Position numbers and translations under genes: made by a program
DNA from: Candidatus Omnitrophota bacterium
GTDB lineage: Bacteria; Omnitrophota; Gorgyraeia; JAFGHF01
Length of the DNA: 64,000 nt
Direction: 5' to 3'
Assembly (NCBI GenBank): GCA_020341815.1
Contig: CP070837.1
Location: 1,368,195-1,432,194, forward strand
Shown here: positions 1 to 9,262 of the stretch, piece by piece
How positions within the stretch are numbered: the stretch's first letter is position 1
Layout: each line of letters begins with the position of its first letter
The notes under the pieces: model-generated
Databases searched by the model: none
Told to the model about the DNA's origin: nothing
What the model saw: only the letters and a program-made list of their open reading frames with translations

Positions 1-2
1 TT

Positions 3-746
3 ACCGCTATCTTAATTGCCTCTTTAGTCTGTTTTATAGTCAGCACCGTATGTGTATCTACGGGCGGGGCCTCACTAATAGTGGTTCCCGTGCTTATCTG
101 GCTGGGGATGGTTTCCAAGGAGGCTGTGGCAACAAATATGTTTGCCTTGATATTCTTAAGCGCAAGCGGTGCTTTCGGCTTCAGAAAACAGGTAAAATTA
201 AATCATTATAAAATGATAGCCATTTTTTCCATCCTGACAGTCTGCGCTTCCCTTATAGGGGCAAATCTTGTCTTATTCATCGATGCAGAAATCTTAAAAA
301 AGGTAATAGCAGTTATGATTTTCCTTATTGCCGGCTCATTCCTTTTAAAAAAGGACTTAGGTATCCATGAAAATAACGATAAGATATCAAAAATGAGGTT
401 TTTTATCGGCGCCCTGTTAATCTTTATTTTGGGTATCTATGGGGGGTTCTTCAGCGGGGGATATGTTACTCTGTTAAGTTATGTTCTTATAGCAACTTTT
501 GGCTTGAATTTCCTGCAAACGGCATTTATTACAAAGGTATTTAATATATTCTCTTCTCTGGCGGCCTGTGTAATTTTCTATCATCACGGGCTTATTGATT
601 TTTCGGTGGGCCTGCCACTGGCCTTTTCCAGTGTCCTGGGTGCCTTTATGGGGACAAAATTAGCCATTACTAAAGGTAATGTCTGGGTCAGGAACCTGTT
701 TATTATCTTTGTAATAGCCTTAGGGATTAAATTGATAGCTTTTTGA
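3..746 (+). CDS. Sulfite exporter TauE/SafE (TSUP) family membrane protein, 5'-partial
   Basis: Frame is open to the window edge. Many hydrophobic helices; duplicated TSUP-like motifs GGASLIVVP and GIYGGFFSGG. Confidence 0.8.
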   Translation, partial: TAILIASLVCFIVSTVCVSTGGASLIVVPVLIWLGMVSKEAVATNMFALIFLSASGAFGFRKQVKLNHYKMIAIFSILTVCASLIGANLVLFIDAEILKKVIAVMIFLIAGSFLLKKDLGIHENNDKISKMRFFIGALLIFILGIYGGFFSGGYVTLLSYVLIATFGLNFLQTAFITKVFNIFSSLAACVIFYHHGLIDFSVGLPLAFSSVLGAFMGTKLAITKGNVWVRNLFIIFVIALGIKLIAF

Positions 747-763
747 GAAAGAGGGAAGGTAAA

Positions 764-1168
764 ATGAAGGTGCTTAAAATTAAGTGGCAGCGGCTTGTGT
801 CTCATGAGGATATGACCTGCCAGAGGTGCAGGGCAACCGGCAGTGAAGTTCATAAGGCCGTAGAGAAGCTCAGAAGGTCTCTTGGGCCCCTGGGGGTTAA
901 GGTCGTTTTGGAGGAGAAGGTCTTAACTCCGGACGCCTGCAGTAAGGATATCTCTCAATCGAATCGAATCTGGATTGCCGGTAAGCCCCTTGAGGAGTGG
1001 TTCGGCGCAAAGGTAGGAAAAAGCCCCTGTTCAACCTGTTGCGGGGAGCTTAAAAAAGACGTTGAATGCCGCACTGTTGAGATCGGCGGGAAGGTATATG
1101 AGACAATACCGGAGGTTTTTATAATACAAGCCGGGCTCCTGGCCGCTATAGAGATTATAAAATCCTAA
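764..1168 (+). CDS. DUF2703-like thioredoxin-fold protein
   Basis: LKIKWQRL...TCQRC..TG, SNRIWIAGKPLEEW and CSTCC...ECR motifs; ATG at 764 after GGAAGG. Confidence 0.75.
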   Translation: MKVLKIKWQRLVSHEDMTCQRCRATGSEVHKAVEKLRRSLGPLGVKVVLEEKVLTPDACSKDISQSNRIWIAGKPLEEWFGAKVGKSPCSTCCGELKKDVECRTVEIGGKVYETIPEVFIIQAGLLAAIEIIKS

Positions 1169-1417
1169 GTATATGCCAGTTAAGCAGTAATTTCCAAATC
1201 CACTTTACCGCCCATACTATTCCATACCCTACCATGACTATCACCCATAAGACCATACCCACTACAAAATGAGACCAATATCTACGGACAAAATAAGGCT
1301 CCATACCCTAATCTATCTCCTTGCTTGATATTCCATTTTGGAACATCAAAAAAACCTTCCATATTGCTCCGCTATATGTTATAATATGTGCTAAAATGTA
1401 ATAGGTAATTATGAAAT

Positions 1418-1615
1418 ATGAAGAAATTTATTGAGTCGTACACTGTAGAAGAATTAGCTGAGGCAGTTAAGCTTCATCCTTATACTATCAGACGTCTTTG
1501 TCGAGAAGGCAAGATTCCTTGCTTTAAGTTTGGGGGGCAATGGCGATTTGATATCGGGGAAATAGAAGAATGGCGAAGAAATCAAAACAAATCACAGCTT
1601 GCGCCAAATCGATAA
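1418..1615 (+). CDS. Excisionase-like helix-turn-helix DNA-binding protein (HTH_17)
   Basis: 65 aa; YTVEELAEAVKLHPYTIRRLCREGKIPCFKFGGQWRF is the typical Xis-like pattern. Confidence 0.8.
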   Translation: MKKFIESYTVEELAEAVKLHPYTIRRLCREGKIPCFKFGGQWRFDIGEIEEWRRNQNKSQLAPNR

Positions 1616-2286
1616 AAAATTGGCCTGAAGATGATAGGCCGAGAGAAAAGCTTTTTAAATCCGGCGAACATACTTTAAGTAATACTGAGCTTTTAGCTAT
1701 ACTTTTACGCAGCGGTGTAAAGGGGCAAAGCGCGATTGACTTATCCAGAAAGATACTCTCTAAGTTTAAGACTCTCCGCAATATGAGCCACACGGACATA
1801 AGAGACTGGAAAGAATTCAAAGGATTGGGGCAAGCTAAGATTGCTCAGATTAGAGCAGCTATGGAACTTGGTAGAAGATTTTCAACAGAGAACACGCAAC
1901 CCAAAGGAAAAGTTAAAAGTTCTAAGGACATTGCCGATTTATTTATGGGGCGCATGCGAGATCTTAAAAAAGAGGTATTTAAGATTTTGCTTCTTGATAA
2001 CCGAAATCAAATTATCGAGACTATTGAATTAGCAGAAGGAACAGTAAATCAGGCAAATCCCATAGTAAGGGAGATTATGTCAAAGGCATTGCAAAATTTT
2101 GCATCTGCTTTGGCTTGTGTCCATAATCATCCAACGGGGGATTGCACTCCTAGCAAAGAAGATAGAGAATTTACTAGAGGGTTATGCCAAGCGAGCAATA
2201 TTATGCAGATGAAGGTTGTCGACCACATTATCATTGGCGACAATACATATTTTAGTTTTGTCGACAGAGGTCAGTTGCCTATTTAA
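1570..2286 (+). CDS. radC: RadC/JAB (MPN) domain protein
   Basis: WPEDDRPREKL...LSNTELLAILLRSG N-terminus and JAB motif HNHPTGDCTPSKED...DHIIIG. Confidence 0.92.
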   Translation: MAKKSKQITACAKSIKNWPEDDRPREKLFKSGEHTLSNTELLAILLRSGVKGQSAIDLSRKILSKFKTLRNMSHTDIRDWKEFKGLGQAKIAQIRAAMELGRRFSTENTQPKGKVKSSKDIADLFMGRMRDLKKEVFKILLLDNRNQIIETIELAEGTVNQANPIVREIMSKALQNFASALACVHNHPTGDCTPSKEDREFTRGLCQASNIMQMKVVDHIIIGDNTYFSFVDRGQLPI

Positions 2287-2298
2287 AGGTTAAAGAGT

Positions 2299-4989
2299 AT
2301 GTCAGAGAGAGATTGGAACGAATATATAACACGTAAGAAATATATCGATAAGCTTCTTATCGAGTCTCAATGGGGACCTGTAGTTCAATATGAAGAGAAT
2401 AAGCGATACAAGCATGCATCAATTGAAGAATACCCCACAGAGACAGGTCCAGCAGATTATGCGCTTTTCCATAATAAAAAGCCTTTTTCCATTGTAGAAG
2501 GCAAGAAAGTTATCGTTGGTGTACAAAATGTTTTACAACAAGCTCAGCGCTATTCCAGAGGCTTCAAAGATAGTCCTTTTGCCTTTCACGAGTTCAAAGT
2601 TCCATTCATATACTCTACCAATGGAAAAATAATCTGGTTTCAAGATTTGCGCCATCCTGTGAATAGGTCACGTGAAGTAAAGAGATTTCATACACCCGAT
2701 GCCTTAGAAGAATTTCTATCACGCAACGAAGATGCAGCAAAAACTTGGCTTAAAAATACACCCATAGACAATCCTTATTTGCGCAATTATCAGAAGGAAG
2801 CCATAGGTAGTATTGAGAGAGCAATCCTTGAGAGAAAACGGAATATGCTTATCGCGATGGCAACTGGTACAGGTAAAACATTTACCATTATAAATTTAAT
2901 TTATCGGCTCATGAAGTCAGGATATGGCAAGCGTATACTATTCCTTGTTGATAGGCGTGCCTTAGCCGCACAAGCAGTAACAGCACTGGCAAGTTTTGAG
3001 GCAGAGCCTGGACTTAAATTTGACAAGATATACGAAGTATATAGCCAGCGTTTTAGACGCGAAGATCTTGATGAAGACATGAAGTTTGACCCAAAAGTTC
3101 TGCCCACGGAATATCTTACTAACCCTCAAGCTAAGCACAGCTTTGTATATGTATCCACAATTCAAAGAATGCGTATAAACCTTTTTGGCAATGCTGGCAT
3201 GTTTGGTCGTGCTACAGGTGATATGGAAGAGGAGGAGGGTGCTGAGAAGCTAGATATACCTATTCATGCCTTTGATGTAATTATTGCCGATGAGTGCCAC
3301 AGGGGTTATACCGCGCAAGAGGAAAGTAAATGGCGTGAGGCTCTAATGCACTTTGATGGCATTAGAGTAGGTTTAACCGCGACACCAGCAGCCCATACAA
3401 CAGCATTTTTCAAAGAAGTGGTTTATCGCTATGATTATGAGCGAGCAGTAAAAGAGGGATTTCTTGTTGATTATGATGCCGTAGCCATAAATTCAGATAT
3501 TACTATAAACGGCGTTTTCCTTAAACAAGGTGAAGAAATAGGACTAAAAGATACATCAACCGGCCAGTTAGTATTTGATATTTTAGAAGATGAAAGAGAG
3601 CTTGAGCCAGCAACCAATGAGAGCGAATGGACTGCTCCCGATAGAAACAAAAAGATAGTAAAAGAAATTAAAAAATATCTGCTTGACCAAGAGGAACAGC
3701 TTGGTCATTTTCCAAAGACTTTAATTTTTGCTAATAATGATATTGAGCATATATCACACTGCGATCAACTGGTGAACATATTGAGAGACGAGTTCAACCG
3801 AGGTGATTCCTTTGTTCAAAAGATAACTGGAAGCTCGACAGTTGACAGGCCGCTACAAAGAATCCGAGAGTTTAGAAACAGGCAAAATCCCGGTATTGTT
3901 GTTACTGTAGATATGCTTTCAACAGGTGTGGATATTCCAAAGGTCGAGAATATTATCTTTTTACGGCCTGTAAAATCAAGAATACTTTTTGAGCAGATGA
4001 TGGGCCGCGGGACACGCCTTTGTGAAGAGATTAACAAAACCCATTTTACTGTTTTTGATTGTTTCCGGGGAACACTTTTAGAATATTTTAGAAAAACCAC
4101 AGCCATTACAGCCGAAGCTCCCATTAAGCCAACCAGGATTATCAAAGAAGTGGTGCAGGCAATTGCTGATAATCAGGATAGAGCTTATAACATAAGTGTA
4201 TTATCCAAGCGCCTTCAGCGCATATCCAAAAACATAACTCAAGAAAGCAGAAGTCAATTTAACTATATCTTAGGTGATGTTGATATTGCAGAATTTGCTA
4301 AGAACCTTGGGGAAAGACTTGATAAGGATTGGGCTGGCACGATGCGTGTTTTACAGAGCGAAGGCTTCTTTAGTATGTGCGACAATTATCAACGACCCTT
4401 AAAGAAGCAAATTGTAGCCGAAGGAGCCGAAGATATCGTTTCTTCTGAGATTGTCTTTCGTGCAACGGATGGAAACAAGCTAAGGCCAGAAGATTATCTT
4501 AAACTCTTTGAGAAATTTGTTCGGGAAAATCCAGAGCATATCCAAGCTTTAGAAATACTAATAAACAAACCAAAAGATTTCCATGTCAGAGAATTAAAAG
4601 AATTACGGCTAAAACTATCAACCAAACCCGATGATTTAGTAGATAAATTTAAAGAACAGAATCTAAGGCGGGCATATAATAAAGAATTAGCTGATATTGT
4701 TTCAATTATAAGGCACGCTGCAAAAGGAGAGGAGCTTATTACAGCAGAATCAAGGATTGACAGAGCATTGGCAAAGGTTAAGGCGAGCCATAACTTTAGT
4801 GAAGCGCAGGAAAAATGGCTTGGCTTGATACGCCGCCATTTAATAGCCAACCTTCTTATAGAGAGAGACGATATAGACTCTTTGCCTATTTTTACACGCG
4901 AAGGATTAAATTATCGAAAATTAAATAAGATATTTAACGGTGAATTGGATGAAATATTACAGGAAATTAACGAGGCGGTATTAATATGA
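2299..4989 (+). CDS. hsdR: Type I restriction enzyme R subunit
   Basis: Nuclease motif ADY..VEGK..QAQRY; helicase motifs MATGTGKT, DECH, GLTATP, MLSTGVD, QMMGRGTR. Confidence 0.93.
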   Translation: MSERDWNEYITRKKYIDKLLIESQWGPVVQYEENKRYKHASIEEYPTETGPADYALFHNKKPFSIVEGKKVIVGVQNVLQQAQRYSRGFKDSPFAFHEFKVPFIYSTNGKIIWFQDLRHPVNRSREVKRFHTPDALEEFLSRNEDAAKTWLKNTPIDNPYLRNYQKEAIGSIERAILERKRNMLIAMATGTGKTFTIINLIYRLMKSGYGKRILFLVDRRALAAQAVTALASFEAEPGLKFDKIYEVYSQRFRREDLDEDMKFDPKVLPTEYLTNPQAKHSFVYVSTIQRMRINLFGNAGMFGRATGDMEEEEGAEKLDIPIHAFDVIIADECHRGYTAQEESKWREALMHFDGIRVGLTATPAAHTTAFFKEVVYRYDYERAVKEGFLVDYDAVAINSDITINGVFLKQGEEIGLKDTSTGQLVFDILEDERELEPATNESEWTAPDRNKKIVKEIKKYLLDQEEQLGHFPKTLIFANNDIEHISHCDQLVNILRDEFNRGDSFVQKITGSSTVDRPLQRIREFRNRQNPGIVVTVDMLSTGVDIPKVENIIFLRPVKSRILFEQMMGRGTRLCEEINKTHFTVFDCFRGTLLEYFRKTTAITAEAPIKPTRIIKEVVQAIADNQDRAYNISVLSKRLQRISKNITQESRSQFNYILGDVDIAEFAKNLGERLDKDWAGTMRVLQSEGFFSMCDNYQRPLKKQIVAEGAEDIVSSEIVFRATDGNKLRPEDYLKLFEKFVRENPEHIQALEILINKPKDFHVRELKELRLKLSTKPDDLVDKFKEQNLRRAYNKELADIVSIIRHAAKGEELITAESRIDRALAKVKASHNFSEAQEKWLGLIRRHLIANLLIERDDIDSLPIFTREGLNYRKLNKIFNGELDEILQEINEAVLI

Positions 4990-6392
4990 GCGATATTGTC
5001 CAAAAATTGTGGGGTTTTTGCCATACCTTAAGGCACGATGGCATTGATTATGGTGACTACATCGAACAACTTACTTATTTACTTTTTCTTAAAATGGCAG
5101 AGGAAAGAGGCGCTGATATACCTAAAGAATATTCTTGGCGCGTGCTTCGTGAAAAATCAGGAACAGAACTGACTGATTTTTATACCGATGTTTTAAGAGG
5201 ACTAGGAAAACAAAAGAATACTTTGGGTCAAATCTATGGGGGTGCTATTTCAAGATTCAGCAATCCTGTTAATCTTAAAAAACTTATAAATCTTATAGAT
5301 GAAACAGAGTGGACCTCTTTGAATGTTGATGTAAAAGCCGCTGCATATGAGGGCCTTTTAGAGAAAAGCGCATCAGAGGGCAAAAAGGGAGCGGGTCAAT
5401 ATTTTACCCCAAGAATTTTAATCCAGTCTATCGTTCGTTGTATGAAACCCGATCCGCGCAAGATAAAAGACTTTACTATACATGACCCCGCGGCAGGCAC
5501 AGGCGGTTTCTTGGTCTGCGCTTATGAATGGCTTATTGAGCATACCAAGGGTGGCTTTGAGAGAGAAGATGCAAAACGGATTATGACAAAAACCTATTCT
5601 GGAACTGAGCTCGTTGCTCGGCCTCGCCGCCTTGCTCTTATGAACTTATATCTACATGGCATACATGGTGATATAGCTTTGGGCGATTCAATATACGAAC
5701 CTCCAAAAAGCACAAGATACTCATGCATACTTACTAATCCTCCCTTTGGCACAAAAGGTGCAAACCAAGCACCGACAAGAGATGATTTTACAGTTTCTAC
5801 CTCAAACAAACAGCTTAATTTTATCCAACATGTAGTAAATATTCTGAAGCCCGGCGGTCGCGCAGCAATGGTCCTACCTGATAACTGTCTTTTTGAAGAT
5901 AAAGCGGGGGAAGTTATCAAAAACTTAATGGAAGATTGTAATCTTCATACTGTATTACGTTTACCAAGAGGAACTTTTACACCATATAGTCAAGGTGTAA
6001 AAGCGAATGTGATATTTTTCCAGAAAGGTATGGCAACAGAAAATGTGTGGATATTTGATGCACGTTCAAATATTCCTTCGGTTACCAAGAAAGACCGCCC
6101 TTTATCTGCCACGCACTTTAAAGAATTCGAGAATTGCTACGGTAAAAATCCCGATGCTAGAGCTAAACGTGAAGATTTAGGGAAATCAGGCCGTTTTCGT
6201 TCTTTTCACATCGAACAAATAAAAGAACGCGGGTATAAACTTGATATTACATGGCTAAAGGATGAATCTCTGGATGATCCTGAAGATTTACCCGAACCGC
6301 AGGATTTGGCATCCGATGCTATTACTGAACTTGAAACGGTCGTGGATAACCTCAAAGAAATCGTAGCGGAGTTAGAGAATAATGGAGAATAA
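4986..6392 (+). CDS. hsdM: Type I restriction-modification N6-adenine methyltransferase
   Basis: GQYFTPR, DPAAGTGGFL and NPPF motifs; ATGA overlap with hsdR. Confidence 0.95.
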   Translation: MSDIVQKLWGFCHTLRHDGIDYGDYIEQLTYLLFLKMAEERGADIPKEYSWRVLREKSGTELTDFYTDVLRGLGKQKNTLGQIYGGAISRFSNPVNLKKLINLIDETEWTSLNVDVKAAAYEGLLEKSASEGKKGAGQYFTPRILIQSIVRCMKPDPRKIKDFTIHDPAAGTGGFLVCAYEWLIEHTKGGFEREDAKRIMTKTYSGTELVARPRRLALMNLYLHGIHGDIALGDSIYEPPKSTRYSCILTNPPFGTKGANQAPTRDDFTVSTSNKQLNFIQHVVNILKPGGRAAMVLPDNCLFEDKAGEVIKNLMEDCNLHTVLRLPRGTFTPYSQGVKANVIFFQKGMATENVWIFDARSNIPSVTKKDRPLSATHFKEFENCYGKNPDARAKREDLGKSGRFRSFHIEQIKERGYKLDITWLKDESLDDPEDLPEPQDLASDAITELETVVDNLKEIVAELENNGE

Positions 6393-7677
6393 GTTAAAGC
6401 AAGGATGGGTTAATAAAAGAATTGAGGAAATTTGTCGAATTATCAAGGATAAAGGGGCATCTGGAGAGGTCCCTTATTTAGAAATTGGAAATATAGATAT
6501 ATCCAAAAAGACCTATATCTTTACAAACAAACCCTCAGTCAAAGGATGTAAATGTGCTAAAAAAAATGATATTTTAATATCGCGGGTAAGACCTACAAGA
6601 GGAGCAATTGTAATTGTGAATGAAGATGAGCTTGCTGTTTCGTCTGCCTTTACTATTTTGCGTAATAATAGAAATAGTTTAACAGATAAATATTTATGGT
6701 TTTATTTGGCATGGAACCATAATTTTCTTAATTATTTAGGTGATAATTGCACTGGTACGATGTATCCAACAGTAGGAGAGAAAACGATTATAAATTATTT
6801 GATACCGCTTGCGCCCTTGAATGGACAAAAGCGCATTGTTAATAAATTGGATATGCTGTTAGCAAAACTCAAAGAGTGCCGGATTCGCCTTGAAAAAATC
6901 CCATTGTCCATAAAACGCTTTCGTCAATCAGTCCTAGCAGCAACTTACTCTGGCCGTCTTACTGCTGAGTGGCGAACGAATAAGCCCAGTACACCTACAG
7001 TTCTTGGTGGTAAGCAGAATGCAGTTCCAGTTAAAGACCTTATAGATATACCAAACACATGGCGATGGATAAAATTGTCGAATGTAGGCGAAATGAGTCG
7101 TGGTAAATCGAGGCACCGTCCACGGAATGCTTCTTTTCTCTTTGGTGGACCGTATCCTTTTATTCAAACAGGAGACATTGCTCAATCGGGAGGACGCATT
7201 TTAAAACACAAGCAGACTTATAGTGAAGACGGACTTGCCCAGAGTCGGCTTTGGCCAGCACAAACTGTATGTATAACAATTGCAGCCAATATTGCAGAAT
7301 CAGCAGTTTTGACCTATCCCGCATGTTTTCCTGATAGCGTTGTAGGTATTATTACTGATCGCTCTAAATGTTTACCAGAATACCTCGAGTATTTTATTAG
7401 AATAACTAAATCTGATCTCGCAACTTTCGCTCCTGCGACTGCTCAAAAGAATATAAATATAAAGATTTTAAGCGATGTCTATGTCCCTTTACCTCCGGTA
7501 GAGGAGCAAAAAGAGATTATTAATCGGGTTCAGTGTATGTTTAAAATAGCAGACCGAATCCTTACTCGTTATGCGAAGGCTAAAAGCCATATTGGTAACC
7601 TGTCCCAATCAATTCTCGCCAAAGCTTTCAGAGGCGAATTGGTTGAGCAGGATCCAAATGATGAGCCAGCAAATTAA
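6382..7677 (+). CDS. hsdS: Type I restriction-modification specificity subunit
   Basis: Two target-recognition domains each followed by IPLAPL..Q.RIV / VPLPPVEEQKEI conserved helices; ends SILAKAFRGEL. Confidence 0.92.
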   Translation: MENKLKQGWVNKRIEEICRIIKDKGASGEVPYLEIGNIDISKKTYIFTNKPSVKGCKCAKKNDILISRVRPTRGAIVIVNEDELAVSSAFTILRNNRNSLTDKYLWFYLAWNHNFLNYLGDNCTGTMYPTVGEKTIINYLIPLAPLNGQKRIVNKLDMLLAKLKECRIRLEKIPLSIKRFRQSVLAATYSGRLTAEWRTNKPSTPTVLGGKQNAVPVKDLIDIPNTWRWIKLSNVGEMSRGKSRHRPRNASFLFGGPYPFIQTGDIAQSGGRILKHKQTYSEDGLAQSRLWPAQTVCITIAANIAESAVLTYPACFPDSVVGIITDRSKCLPEYLEYFIRITKSDLATFAPATAQKNINIKILSDVYVPLPPVEEQKEIINRVQCMFKIADRILTRYAKAKSHIGNLSQSILAKAFRGELVEQDPNDEPAN

Positions 7678-7681
7678 TCCC

Positions 7682-7808
7682 GGGGACAGCTCACTTAATT
7701 CTCGATAGATTAGTTGTTTCAGGAATATACCCTACTTACACCTACACCGCGTAGGTGTAAGTAAAACACTTAATTTTCGACTTTTCGGATAAATAAGTAT
7801 TGTGTCCC
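7682..7808. repeat. GGGGACA-type palindromic (REP-like) element with an internal 13-bp hairpin
   Basis: Left arm GGGGACAGCTCACTTAATT, right arm AATAAGTATTGTGTCCC; inner perfect stem TACTTACACCTAC-accgc-GTAGGTGTAAGTA at 7733-7763. Confidence 0.75.
7683..7745. repeat. 63-bp direct repeat, left copy (pairs with 11242-11305)
   Basis: GGGACAGCTCACTTAATTC(T/C)CGATAGATTAGTTGTTTCAGG...TACTTACACCTAC is present at both sites. Confidence 0.9.
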
Positions 7809-7883
7809 TAGATTTTTGGAGTTATTGTGGGTGGGGAGTGGAGATGGTAGGTTAAATATACGTACTAGGCCTCAAAATTTATC

Positions 7884-7912
7884 TTGAGATTGTTTGTTTT
7901 TAGAGGTATAAT
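7884..7912 (+). promoter_or_regulatory. Sigma70-type promoter upstream of the tRNA-like gene
   Basis: TTGAGA-17 nt-TATAAT; a near-identical module occurs at 14695-14739. Confidence 0.6.
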
Positions 7913-8059
7913 GAGAGAGGCACTTTTCGGTTTAAAAAGGGGTATTTCTTTTGGTGCGTGAAGTGTTGCACCTATTTAGTTTTGCCCGCCAAGGGACCAG
8001 TAAAGTAGGTCCTTTATATATATCCTTCTCCATGAGGAAAATATGTGGGGTGGGATCAT

Positions 8060-8132
8060 GGGCGTGTAGCTCAAGTGGATAGAGCGGCGTCCTGCTAAGA
8101 CGCTAGTTGGGGGTTCGAATCCCCCCACGAAA
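8060..8132 (+). tRNA. tRNA-like gene / pseudo-tRNA: anticodon GCT (Ser) on a class I Arg-like body, acceptor stem broken
   Basis: D arm GCTC/GAGC, anticodon stem GCGTC/GACGC with loop CT-GCT-AA, T arm GGGGG-TTCGAAT-CCCCC. Acceptor GGGCGTG versus CACGAAA pairs at only 4 of 7 positions; no CCA. Confidence 0.85.
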
Positions 8133-8318
8133 TTAATACCCTTGTAGGGGTATATAAAATAGATGAGATAAATGATAAAGATATGATAGCAGTTTCTACT
8201 TTGAAAATAGGACACTTTCCCGAACAATTTGAGAAATGGTATATATCTTTAAAATTTGTCTAAGGATAACAAGAAAGTTAACATTCTCAGTAAATGGTGA
8301 TATTGTGGAGGCAAATAT

Positions 8319-8963
8319 ATGGAAAAACATAAGGATTTTTGGAACTTGATATTAGTTGGAAAATGGAATAAATATATTCTTTCTCCACAATGGGCAGCAA
8401 AAAATATTTTTGAAGAGCCAGAATTGCAAGTCGAATTTCCTTTGAATTTAGACTTTCCTCTAAGATATACCTCTTTAGAAAAAAATATAAGACTGCTTCC
8501 CGCAGAAGACAAAGTAATTTTTGTCCCATTGAAGCTAGATGATGAATGTCTTTCAGAAGTTGGAAAGCTCACAAATAAATTGTTCGAAATGTTACCACAT
8601 ACTCCGATGAGGGCATTTGGTATAAATTTTGGGTTTTCTGAAAAAGACAACACAGAGTTATACAAAGTGTTTAATGTAATAGACAATGCTAAGTTGGGAG
8701 AATTTAACTGCGAACTCAAGCAAACATGTATTATAAGGCGTACTGTTTATGATGAAAATAATTTAAATTTAAGATTAACATTAAAAGGTAATGAGGTATT
8801 ATTTGATTTTAATTTTCACTATGATGTAAAAAATGCTGTGGAAGCAAAAGAAAAATTAAAAGATAATATAGTCAAAAACAAAAATGCTGCAGAGAAACTC
8901 TTGCAGGAGGTATACGGTCTTAGCTACGATGATATAGAGCAAAAGAAAAGGGGGGTAGTATGA
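8319..8963 (+). CDS. Hypothetical protein, TIGR04255-like
   Basis: LVGKWN..ILSPQW, LPHTPMRAFGINF and FDFNFH pattern recalled from this family; GGAGG RBS; low GC. Confidence 0.55.
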   Translation: MEKHKDFWNLILVGKWNKYILSPQWAAKNIFEEPELQVEFPLNLDFPLRYTSLEKNIRLLPAEDKVIFVPLKLDDECLSEVGKLTNKLFEMLPHTPMRAFGINFGFSEKDNTELYKVFNVIDNAKLGEFNCELKQTCIIRRTVYDENNLNLRLTLKGNEVLFDFNFHYDVKNAVEAKEKLKDNIVKNKNAAEKLLQEVYGLSYDDIEQKKRGVV

Positions 8964-9262
8964 ATATGGTAGGAACTTCAAATCTATATCTATATTCAAG
9001 TTCTTTTCCAATTCAAGCAAGCATAGGGGATGTTGAAGAATATACAGTAAAATCTTTGACAGAAGAAAAAAAAGATATACAAACTAGTAATGATTTAAGT
9101 ATAACACGATTTGATGCTATAGAATTTCGGACTGCCTATTGGACAAAAGACACCCCGCTTAGTATTAATCTTGAACTTAATTTTGATAATATAGAAAAGC
9201 GCAGATTACTATATGATTTGAATACTGAAGAAAAAGATATAAATGCCACATTTCACATATAA
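8960..9262 (+). CDS. Small hypothetical protein (100 aa)
   Basis: ATGA overlap with the upstream gene and 20-nt overlap with the downstream gene; acidic and S/T-rich. Confidence 0.6.
   Translation: MNMVGTSNLYLYSSSFPIQASIGDVEEYTVKSLTEEKKDIQTSNDLSITRFDAIEFRTAYWTKDTPLSINLELNFDNIEKRRLLYDLNTEEKDINATFHI

Noticed and set aside
8092-8098. CTA in the anticodon loop suggesting an amber suppressor or tRNA-Pyl
   Set aside because: In the 7-nt loop CT-GCT-AA the anticodon position reads GCT; CTA is off-register and no pyl genes are present.
7976-8227. 83-aa minus-strand ORF containing GGFEPPTS
   Set aside because: It is the typical antisense translation of a tRNA.
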